Source: Planktothrix pseudagardhii (GTDB lineage: Bacteria; Cyanobacteriota; Cyanobacteriia; Cyanobacteriales; Microcoleaceae). Taken from it: a stretch of DNA of 64,000 nt. The stretch lies in assembly GCF_904830925.1 (NCBI RefSeq), contig NZ_LR882967.1:3298106-3362105 (forward strand), in the 5' to 3' direction. The position numbers and the translations under genes were made by a program. Of the stretch, positions 55,910 through 64,000 are shown in pieces (within the stretch, counting starts at the first letter, position 1; every line of letters starts with the position of its first letter). The notes below the pieces were generated by a model. The model had not been told where the DNA came from. It ran no database searches and saw only the letters and a program-made list of their open reading frames with translations.

Positions 55910-57469
55910 TCAAACCCCTAAAATTTGCGCGATATTCTCAGCAATTCGTTCTTCTAACTCCCTCGCCTCAACATTTAAACTCTCCAATTCCTCATTCAAT
56001 TCTTCCAACTTTTCAGCAAAATCAAAATCCTCCACCGGACGTTCGGCGACGCCCACATAACGCCCAGGATTCAAACTCCAACCCTGCGCCTCAATTTCCG
56101 CCCTTGTCGCCACCCGACATAACCCCGCCACATCTTGATAAGCTCCTTCTGGAAAATAAGTATCGAGTAAAATTTTACTGCCATTTTTTGTGTCCGGTGC
56201 TTCCCCTCGGTACAATCTCACAATATTAGAAATAAATTCTACCTGTTCATCCGTAAACTCGCGGTGGGCGCGGTCAATTTGTCGGTAAATGTGCCGCGCA
56301 TCAATAAATAACACCTTTTCTTTGCGATGGGTTTTCGCCTTTCCTTTATCGAAAAACCACAAGGTACAAGGCAACGTTACCGTATAAAAGAAATTAGAAC
56401 TAACGGCAATCATCACATCCACCGCCCCCGTTTTAATCAATTCCTGCCGAATTTCTAACTCAGAACCCCGTGCATCCGAAGCAGAATTCGCCATCACAAA
56501 CCCCGCCCGTCCCGTAGGATTTAAAGCCGTATAAAATAACTGAATCCACAGATAATTCCCATTGTCTACCTTCGGTTTAGCAAACGGAAATCTAGGATCA
56601 TTTTCCAATCGTTCCTTATCCACTCCATCCACATTAAACGGGGGATTTGCCATCACAAAATCAAACTGTTCTACGCAGTTGTGAATATCCTCATAATAAG
56701 TATTTCCCTGGCGAATATTCCGTAAACCCGAAACCCCATGAACCGCCAAGTTCATCTGACACAATTTAACAGTTCCTTCCGTCTTTTCCTGACCATAAAC
56801 ACTAATAGCAGTATTCGGGTCACGTCCTAACTTTTCCCTGACTCGCATCGCACTTTGCACAAACATTCCCCCCGCCCCACAAGCCGGGTCAAGAATCAAT
56901 CCATGATACGGTTCTATTACTTCTACAATTAACTTAACCACCGAAATCGGCGTAAAAAATTCCCCGCCTTTTTGTCCTTCCTTTTGGGCAAAATTACCCA
57001 AAAAATATTGATAAATTTCCCCAAAGGCATCCTCACCAATTTCTGCTAATTTAATTCGATTAAACGTTTTTAATAACTCTCGCAGCGTTGGTTTTTCTAA
57101 TCGATTATAATCTTTCAGTAAAATTCCTTTTAATTCTTCATTTTCATCTTCTATCGCTTTCATCGCTTGATTAATGGCTGTACCAATATCTTCAGCTTCC
57201 GGCAAATTCAGCAAATAATCAAACCGGGCTTTTTCTGTTAAAAATAACGCCCCTTTCGCCTGATAGTCCAGCTTTCCCACACTGCGGCGACGGGTACTCA
57301 CCCCCGCTAATTCTTGTTCAACCAAACTGAATTTATAATCCGCATAACGTAAGAAAATCAGCCCCAATACGGGTACAGAATATTCCGAGGGTTTGAGTTT
57401 GGAATTCGCCCGCAGTTCATCGGCGGCTTCCCAAAGACGTTTTTCGAGTTCGGTATAATTAGCAGGCAT
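55910..57469 (-). CDS. hsdM: Type I restriction-modification N6-adenine DNA methyltransferase.
   Basis: It has the HsdM N-terminal domain, the AdoMet motif ([12 protein letters not shown]) and the catalytic NPPF ([11 protein letters not shown]). Confidence 0.9.
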   Translation of the reverse strand: MPANYTELEKRLWEAADELRANSKLKPSEYSVPVLGLIFLRYADYKFSLVEQELAGVSTRRRSVGKLDYQAKGALFLTEKARFDYLLNLPEAEDIGTAINQAMKAIEDENEELKGILLKDYNRLEKPTLRELLKTFNRIKLAEIGEDAFGEIYQYFLGNFAQKEGQKGGEFFTPISVVKLIVEVIEPYHGLILDPACGAGGMFVQSAMRVREKLGRDPNTAISVYGQEKTEGTVKLCQMNLAVHGVSGLRNIRQGNTYYEDIHNCVEQFDFVMANPPFNVDGVDKERLENDPRFPFAKPKVDNGNYLWIQLFYTALNPTGRAGFVMANSASDARGSELEIRQELIKTGAVDVMIAVSSNFFYTVTLPCTLWFFDKGKAKTHRKEKVLFIDARHIYRQIDRAHREFTDEQVEFISNIVRLYRGEAPDTKNGSKILLDTYFPEGAYQDVAGLCRVATRAEIEAQGWSLNPGRYVGVAERPVEDFDFAEKLEELNEELESLNVEARELEERIAENIAQILGV

Positions 57470-57562
57470 TTATCAATCGTTAATCGTACAATTATTGTAT
57501 AGCGCTACGCGCAAGGGAACAGGGAACAGTAAGAATTGAAAGGGTTTTATGGAACATATCAA

Positions 57563-59416
57563 TTATCGAGATACAGGTTTAACCTGTTCTAAAAATTGTT
57601 GTAATTCCTCCCCTTCAATGACTTCTGTTTTCAATACTTTGCCAGCAATTTCATCTAATAATTCTCGGTTGTAATTCAAAATTGCTAACGCTTTTTGATG
57701 AGCATTATTAACAATATCTTTCACCTCATCATCAATGGCTTCTGCGGTTTTTTCACTCATGGGACGGCGAAGATTAGCATCAGCATTACCTAAAAAATTA
57801 TTCTGTTTGGCTTTTTCATAAGCTAAGGGTCCCAAGGCTTTACTCATGCCATAATTAAGTACCATTCTTTCGGCTAATTCCGTAGCCCGTTGTAGGTCAT
57901 CCGATGCGCCATTGGTAACAGTTCCAAAGATTAATTCTTCAGCAGCCCGTCCCCCTAATAGCATGGCAATTTGTTCGCGGAATTCCAGTTCATCCATTAA
58001 AAAACGGTCTTCCGTTGGCATTCTTAAGGTATATCCTAACGCGGACATTCCCCTGGGTACAATGGAAATTTTAGTCACTTTTCCCCCTCCCGGCATTAAC
58101 GCCCCGACTATCGCATGACCAACTTCATGATAGGCGACAATTTTCTTCTCTTTTTCATTCAACACACGGCTGCGTTTTTCTAACCCAGCAACCACCCGTT
58201 CAATGGCTTCATAAAAATCCTCTTGCTTCACCGTTTTTCGTTGATTTCTAGCCGCTAATAAAGCAGCTTCATTGACTAAATTCGCTAATTCTGCCCCCCC
58301 AAAACCTGGGGTTCTTGTGGCAACAGCGTGTAAATCAACATCCGTTTCTAATTTAACTTTTTTAACGTAAATATCTAAAACGGCTTTGCGTCCGGCTAAG
58401 TCGGGTCTGTCTACTAAAACCTGTCTATCAAAGCGCCCAGGACGTAATAATGCCGCGTCTAAAGCTTCGGGACGGTTAGTTGCGGCTAAGACAATTACCG
58501 TTGCATCTCCCACTCCAAACCCATCCATTTCTGTTAATAATTGGTTCAGGGTTTGTTCTCGTTCATCACTACTGCCACTTTGGAAACTGCCACTACTTCT
58601 GGATTTACCAATGGCATCTAATTCATCAATAAAAATAATACAAGGAGCTTTCTTTTTCGCCTGTTCAAATAAGTCTCGAACTCTCGCCGCACCCGTTCCC
58701 ACAAATAACTCAATAAATTCCGAACCAGATATACTAAAAAAGGGAACTCCGGCTTCTCCGGCTACGGCTTTTGCTAATAGAGTTTTTCCGGTTCCGGGGG
58801 GGCCGACTAATAACACACCTTTGGGAATTTTAGCTCCAATTTCCGTAAACCGTTGGGGATTTTTTAAGAAATCCACAATTTCTGCTAATTCGGTTTTGGC
58901 TTCGTCTACTCCGGCGACATCTGCAAAGGTAATATTATCCGTTTGACCTTTAACATAAACTTTAGCTTTACTTTTATTAATGGATAATGATCCTTGGGGA
59001 TCTCGTTTCATGAAATATTGAAACGCCACGACTAAAATTAAAGGGGGAATCACCCAATTTAAAATAACACTTAACCAACTTTGTTTCGGGGGTGGAGAAG
59101 CGGCAAATTCAACTCCTTTGGCTTCTAAACGTTTGGGAAGTTCTAAATCAAAAATCGGGGTGGTGGATAAGATGCTTTCAGGTTGATTATTGTCTGCTTT
59201 GATTTGGTAAAGGATTTCGTTTTCTCCGACTAAAACTTTGGAGACTTTACCATCTTCAATTTGTTGGATAAAAAAACTATAGGGAACTTTAGGAAAACGA
59301 GGACGAGTCAGTTGAGGAAACAACCAATTTCCGATTAAAATCACCCCGGCTGAGATTAATAAAATCTGGGCAACTTTTTGAGAACTGGGTAATTTAGGTC
59401 TTTTTTTAATCTTCAT
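57563..59416 (-). CDS. ftsH: ATP-dependent zinc metalloprotease FtsH (paralog 1).
   Basis: It has an N-terminal TM region, an AAA module ([33 protein letters not shown]) and the HEVGHA zinc motif. Confidence 0.9.
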   Translation of the reverse strand: MKIKKRPKLPSSQKVAQILLISAGVILIGNWLFPQLTRPRFPKVPYSFFIQQIEDGKVSKVLVGENEILYQIKADNNQPESILSTTPIFDLELPKRLEAKGVEFAASPPPKQSWLSVILNWVIPPLILVVAFQYFMKRDPQGSLSINKSKAKVYVKGQTDNITFADVAGVDEAKTELAEIVDFLKNPQRFTEIGAKIPKGVLLVGPPGTGKTLLAKAVAGEAGVPFFSISGSEFIELFVGTGAARVRDLFEQAKKKAPCIIFIDELDAIGKSRSSGSFQSGSSDEREQTLNQLLTEMDGFGVGDATVIVLAATNRPEALDAALLRPGRFDRQVLVDRPDLAGRKAVLDIYVKKVKLETDVDLHAVATRTPGFGGAELANLVNEAALLAARNQRKTVKQEDFYEAIERVVAGLEKRSRVLNEKEKKIVAYHEVGHAIVGALMPGGGKVTKISIVPRGMSALGYTLRMPTEDRFLMDELEFREQIAMLLGGRAAEELIFGTVTNGASDDLQRATELAERMVLNYGMSKALGPLAYEKAKQNNFLGNADANLRRPMSEKTAEAIDDEVKDIVNNAHQKALAILNYNRELLDEIAGKVLKTEVIEGEELQQFLEQVKPVSR

Positions 59417-59555
59417 AAAATTTTACTCTGGTTTGCTCTGGTTGGCTTTGATTTTCTCTCATACCAGCCTAGTAAGTTGTTAAGCAGCACGCCCTTTTGA
59501 TTTTTTATACCTGCATTATAGAAATAATAGCATCATCTGGATAGCTTTTCTGTCA

Positions 59556-59671
59556 GATGAAATCCTGAAATCGGTGCTACAGATTATAACCCTAAACCCC
59601 GCGTAGAGACGTTGTATGCAACGTCTCTACGCGGGAATGGATGCGTAGCAAACATTTAAAGATTTCATATC
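59556..59671. mobile_element. Small palindromic MITE-like element, copy 2 (about 116 bp).
   Basis: It has the same arms as copy 1 (GATGAAATCCTGAAATCGGTGCTACAGATTATAACCCTAAACCCC ... GGATGCGTAGCAAACATTTAAAGATTTCATATC). The internal stem is CGCGTAGAGACGTTG/CAACGTCTCTACGCG. It lies in the ftsH / 59821-ORF divergent intergenic region. Confidence 0.6.
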
Positions 59672-59820
59672 AGATACTCTTCAAGACTGTCGGGAGTATT
59701 GCCAACTGTGTCGCACAGCAGATATAATTCATTGGGATTGATCCATTGTGTTAGACTTTACAGATCATAATCGGTGCATAATCAGTCAATAAATCTTATT
59801 CTTAATCAGCCCCATAGATA

Positions 59821-60888
59821 ATGAGTAATCATGTAGAATTGCCTATTTTTCTGGATGAGGTATCATTACCAGAAACCCTTCCTCCCCTAATGATAGTTGC
59901 ATTTACGCGCCCCGATTTGCTGTCACAGGTTCTTCCAGCAATTAGGCAGCAATCTTTACTACCACAAAATATTATTGCCTTTGTTGATGGCCCACGGAAG
60001 GCAGATGACGAACCCTTGATTCGGCAGTGTATTGAGTTACTAAAAGCATTTTCCACATTTATACCCGTTCATATCGTCGCCAGAACAAAAAACTTAGGGT
60101 GCGACCAAAACGTAATTTCAGGTTTGACAGAGGTTTTTTCGACTTACGATTCTCTGGTATATTTAGAAGATGATACAGTTCCCAACCCTCATTTTTATGA
60201 TCGGATGTGCCGACTTTTATCAGCCTATCGTGACTGCCAACAAGTGGGTTCAGTCAGCGCTTATGCCAACTTCCCTTCAGAATGTGATGAACTGTTATCA
60301 AAAGATTTTATGATATCTAACCGTTTATTTTCTTGGGGTTTTGGGACTTGGCGCGATCGCTGGAATGAACTCAATTTAGCCCATCAACCAGCACAATACA
60401 ATCCGTTTGGTAGCTTTTATAAAATTCCAGCAACTAAACAGACGAAAATGACAATGATCAATCAATTTTGGCTGGAAAAAAAACAACAAACAGATTGGGT
60501 AATTACATTTACAGTAGCATCTTTATATCATCAAAAGGTACATATAATTCCGACTACTTCCTTGGTTTACAATATCGGATTTGGACATCCTGAATCTAAA
60601 ACCTATAAAGGGCAAGAGGAGGCGTGGGTAAATTCAAGGTACGATGCCGAGTTTTGTCCGAATAGCTTACCCTCTAATCTTGAATTGTCTGACTGTCTAA
60701 AACTCGACCCAGAAAACGTTGAACTAGCAGAACACTTATGGAAAAATTGTATATGGCTAAGTCCATCGGCTCTAGTTTATTTGTTGCAGAAATATGGTAG
60801 CTTCAGGAGTATGATTTTATTCCTAAAAATTTTCGTAACTCGTTTGCCTGTTCTGTTGAGGCGCTGGCGCAATGGACTACCGATATAA
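59821..60888 (+). CDS. Hypothetical protein, possibly a GT-A-fold glycosyltransferase-like protein.
   Basis: The N-terminal LMIVAFTRPDLLSQVLPAIRQQ resembles the Rossmann-like start of GT-A transferases. A DxD-like motif sits at YLEDDTVP. The assignment is tentative. Confidence 0.3.
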   Translation: MSNHVELPIFLDEVSLPETLPPLMIVAFTRPDLLSQVLPAIRQQSLLPQNIIAFVDGPRKADDEPLIRQCIELLKAFSTFIPVHIVARTKNLGCDQNVISGLTEVFSTYDSLVYLEDDTVPNPHFYDRMCRLLSAYRDCQQVGSVSAYANFPSECDELLSKDFMISNRLFSWGFGTWRDRWNELNLAHQPAQYNPFGSFYKIPATKQTKMTMINQFWLEKKQQTDWVITFTVASLYHQKVHIIPTTSLVYNIGFGHPESKTYKGQEEAWVNSRYDAEFCPNSLPSNLELSDCLKLDPENVELAEHLWKNCIWLSPSALVYLLQKYGSFRSMILFLKIFVTRLPVLLRRWRNGLPI

Positions 60889-60975
60889 TAATCTGGGGTT
60901 CAATCAGGGTTTATTTGTCCATTCCCTATTCCCTGGTAGAACCAGGGAACGAGGCGTCGAGGCGTATGAGATCAA

Positions 60976-62874
60976 TTATGCGATCGCGGCGGGAATTTTA
61001 CCCTCATACTTAACTTGATTTAACAAATGTTGCAAATTGTCCCCTTCAATGACTTCCGTTTGTAAGATTTGTTGGGCAATTTGTTCCATTAACTCTTTAT
61101 TTTGATTCAGGATATCTAGGGCAACTTCATGGGCTTGTTCAACCAATTGTTTAACCTCATCATCAATCGCTTTTGCTGTTTCATCGCTGACATAACGACG
61201 AGGATTCATCATCATATTATCGCCGAGAAAATTGTTTTGTTGACCCTTTTCATAAGCCAACGGCCCTAATACTTTACTCATCCCATAACTGGTGACCATG
61301 CGTTCAGCTAAATCCGTCGCCCGTTGTAAGTCATTTGTTGCCCCTGTGGTAATACTTCCAAACACCACTTCTTCGGCAGAACGTCCCCCTAATAAGGTGG
61401 CAATTTCGGCTTTCATTTCTTCTTCACTGAGCAAGAAACGGTCTTCGGTTGGCAGTTGTAAGGTATATCCTAATGCAGCCATTCCGCGTGGCACAATGGA
61501 GATTTTAGCCACTTTATTTTGACCAGAAACAACAGCGCCAACAATCGCGTGACCGACTTCATGATAAGCCACAATTTTCTTCTCTTTTTCATTGAGAACA
61601 CGGGATTTTTTTTCTAACCCCGCAACTACCCGTTCAATGGCTTCTGCAAAGTCCGCTTGGCTGACGGTTTCCCGTTTATTTCGAGCGGCTAATAAGGCAG
61701 CTTCATTAACTAAATTGGCTAAATCTGCCCCTGCAAAACCGGGGGTACGAGTGGCGATCGCTTTTAAGTCAACATCCGTCCCAATTTTAACTTTTTTAGC
61801 ATAGATTTCTAAAATTAGTAACCGACCGGATAAATCAGGACGATCCACTAAAACTTGACGATCAAATCGACCGGGACGCAGTAAGGCGGGGTCTAACGTT
61901 TCCGGGCGGTTTGTAGCCGCTAAAACGATTACCGTTGCTTGTCCGGCTGCAAACCCATCCATTTCGGTTAATAACTGGTTTAGGGTTTGTTCTCGTTCAT
62001 CATTTCCCCCATACATTCCGCCACTCGACCGTGATTTTCCAATGGCATCTAATTCATCAATAAAGATAATACAAGGGGCTTTCTTTTTGGCTTGTTCAAA
62101 TAAATCTCGAACCCGCGCTGCCCCTGCGCCAACGAACAATTCGACGAATTCTGAACCCGAAATGCTAAAGAATGGAACACCCGCTTCTCCGGCTACGGCT
62201 TTAGCTAATAAGGTTTTTCCGGTTCCAGGAGGGCCGACTAATAATACGCCTTTAGGAATTCTGGCTCCGATTTGTAAAAATCGTTGGGGAGTCTTAAGAA
62301 ATTCCACCACTTCTTCTAATTCGGTTTTGGCTTCTTCAACCCCTGCCACATCTTTGAACGTGACTTTTGTGGCATCATTTTCCACATAAACTTTGGCTTT
62401 ACTCTTACTAATGGAAAGTGCCCCTTGTGGCCCTCCAATTCCTCCCCCTCGGCTTTGTAAGAATTGTCCGACAGCCACCCAAATTCCCACAAAAATTAAG
62501 GGGGGAACTACCCAACCAATTAAACTCGAAAACCAAGTATTCTGAGGAGGTGGGGCAGCCGCAAATTCAACGCCTTTGGCTTCTAAACGTTTGGGTAAAT
62601 CCATATCAAAAATCGGAGTTGTTGATAGGATTTGTCCCGGTTTTTCCTGTTCTCCTTTTACTAAATAGCGAATTTGATCTTGACTGAGATAAACTTGGGA
62701 AACTTGCCCATCTTCCACTTGTTCAATAAATAAACTATAGGGAACACGAGGAATTTGTGGCCCGAATAATCCGGGTAATGTCAGGTTAGCAATTAAGAAG
62801 ATTACACCCAACCAAAATAAAATACTTCCGATGGGAAGATTTCGGGGAAATTTAGGTTTGTCTTTTACACTCAT
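60976..62874 (-). CDS. ftsH: ATP-dependent zinc metalloprotease FtsH (paralog 2).
   Basis: The architecture and motifs match paralog 1, at about 75% identity with a distinct N-terminal/periplasmic region. Confidence 0.9.
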   Translation of the reverse strand: MSVKDKPKFPRNLPIGSILFWLGVIFLIANLTLPGLFGPQIPRVPYSLFIEQVEDGQVSQVYLSQDQIRYLVKGEQEKPGQILSTTPIFDMDLPKRLEAKGVEFAAAPPPQNTWFSSLIGWVVPPLIFVGIWVAVGQFLQSRGGGIGGPQGALSISKSKAKVYVENDATKVTFKDVAGVEEAKTELEEVVEFLKTPQRFLQIGARIPKGVLLVGPPGTGKTLLAKAVAGEAGVPFFSISGSEFVELFVGAGAARVRDLFEQAKKKAPCIIFIDELDAIGKSRSSGGMYGGNDEREQTLNQLLTEMDGFAAGQATVIVLAATNRPETLDPALLRPGRFDRQVLVDRPDLSGRLLILEIYAKKVKIGTDVDLKAIATRTPGFAGADLANLVNEAALLAARNKRETVSQADFAEAIERVVAGLEKKSRVLNEKEKKIVAYHEVGHAIVGAVVSGQNKVAKISIVPRGMAALGYTLQLPTEDRFLLSEEEMKAEIATLLGGRSAEEVVFGSITTGATNDLQRATDLAERMVTSYGMSKVLGPLAYEKGQQNNFLGDNMMMNPRRYVSDETAKAIDDEVKQLVEQAHEVALDILNQNKELMEQIAQQILQTEVIEGDNLQHLLNQVKYEGKIPAAIA

Positions 62875-63351
62875 GGTATTTAATTAAAGGTTGACTCATT
62901 AAAGGCGTACAGTTTCAAATCAGAGAACGCTCATAATTTAGTTGATTTTAATGGACTTTTGGGATAAACCTCAGAAATAAATTTCCAGGGGACAGGGTAG
63001 AGATTCGGTTTAAGGTTGACAGTAATCTCTTTTGCCTCCTGTCTGCTTTCATATTGGCATAATCTCATGTTTCTATGTTCCTGTAAGGCTCTCCCCAATG
63101 ATCTATAATGTTCACCATAGCGTGATTTCCCTAATCGGTGGGGTGAGGGCAGGCTCATCAAAGGATCGTTTTTTGACACTTGACAAGAGTGAACACAGGA
63201 TCATCTATTGGGCATGATTGCCCGTACAATTACTGTTGTAAAAATAAACTAATTATTGGGTTTTTATTAAAAATTACATCAATTTCTTGACTTAGATTTA
63301 ATTTTGTATCAAATTAGAAGATAGGATTCTGGCTAGACAGAGGAGATTAAA

Positions 63352-63858
63352 ATGCCAACGATTAATTCAACGTGGGATGACTTAATCACCCAATGCGACG
63401 GACGATATTTAACCAATGCAGAACTCAAACCTCTGCATCAGTATGTTCAGACCTTAAATGCTCGAACTAAAACCTATGAAGTGTTGCGGGTAAAATCAGC
63501 AGGTTTAATCAAACAAGCTCTGAAGAAATTCATGCTGTCTCATCCAGAAATCATGCAAAAGCATTCCAAACGCTGTGTTTATGATATGTCGATGACGATG
63601 TGTTTGATGTCTGTTGCCTTGTTACGCGATGACCCTCACTTTTTTAAGGAATCTTTAATGCTGTGGCTGGCAAATATTTTAGCTGCCCACGAAAAAAATG
63701 TCCAGTGCCTTCAAGCTTATACCTATCTTCAAGAAAGCCTACAAGAACAATTACCTAGTGTCTGTAACCAGTTATTAAAACCCTATATGGATATTGTTTT
63801 AGAAGTGTTAGATACTCCCCCTAAACTGATGGCAAATGTTCAACGAAGTGGTGTTTAA
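63352..63858 (+). CDS. Phycobilisome-protein-family (globin-like) paralog of uncertain function.
   Basis: The N-terminal ...LITQCDGRYLTNAELKPLHQYV resembles the phycobiliprotein start (..ITQADAQGRFLSxxELQxL..). It has about 168 aa of helical globin-like sequence. No canonical bilin-attachment context is evident. Confidence 0.4.
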   Translation: MPTINSTWDDLITQCDGRYLTNAELKPLHQYVQTLNARTKTYEVLRVKSAGLIKQALKKFMLSHPEIMQKHSKRCVYDMSMTMCLMSVALLRDDPHFFKESLMLWLANILAAHEKNVQCLQAYTYLQESLQEQLPSVCNQLLKPYMDIVLEVLDTPPKLMANVQRSGV

Positions 63859-64000
63859 AACGGATTGATTGTTGATTTTTTTCAGGGTGTTCCTTCGTTC
63901 CCAGCCACAGGAATGATATTTTCAATCCTCATACAATAGCAGGTAAATTCAGGCTGATTTGGAATATTAATGCACACAGGAGTTTAATTTATTTATGACG

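Overview
This window looks like chromosomal DNA from a filamentous cyanobacterium. Supporting signs are about 40% GC, frequent HIP1 (GCGATCGC) sites, heptanucleotide tandem repeats, and the genes psbA, psb28, a psbX-like gene, ycf66, ycf19, two ftsH copies and lpxB.

The window falls into three blocks.

(1) 1-13,040 is a giant repeat adhesin gene. It has VCBS-like 99-aa tandem repeats, a seven-repeat FG-GAP propeller, cadherin-like and dystroglycan-type domains, a beta-helix region, a GGC-encoded glycine-rich stretch and C-terminal RTX repeats. An IS630-family insertion splits it at 450-1636, flanked by a TA target-site duplication. Sulfotransferase-like and GNAT genes follow the adhesin.

(2) 13,080-29,600 is an IS-scarred accessory island. 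It carries MscS, AAA-ATPase and MATE gene fragments, an IS5-family transposase, an ISAs1-family transposase and an ISL3 remnant. Between them sits a compact nonribosomal biosynthetic cluster. The cluster has a single-module NRPS (TubC-type N-terminal docking domain, then C-A-T-TE, with the A domain lacking the conserved Asp235). It also has a CAS/TauD-family Fe/2OG hydroxylase, a choline/carnitine-acyltransferase-family enzyme, an acyl-CoA-dehydrogenase-like oxidase, a free-standing adenylation enzyme, a free-standing carrier protein and a MATE exporter. The oxidase-adenylation-carrier trio matches the proline-to-pyrrole/pyrroline starter cassette of the PltE/PltF/PltL and AnaB/AnaC/AnaD systems. 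This is my best candidate for an undescribed system.

(3) 29,600-64,000 is mostly core genes. They include dusA, a VIT/VWA protein, lpxB, ycf66, a psbX-like gene, a GAF-PP2C phosphatase, ftsY, nusB, psbA, a sugar MFS transporter, psb28, mogA and a Type I R-M operon (hsdR/S/M) with an embedded PIN toxin-antitoxin pair. There are also two ftsH paralogs, two copies of a small MITE-like palindromic element, and STRR-like heptamer arrays.

All calls come from reading the translated ORFs and the nucleotide sequence. No database searches were run.
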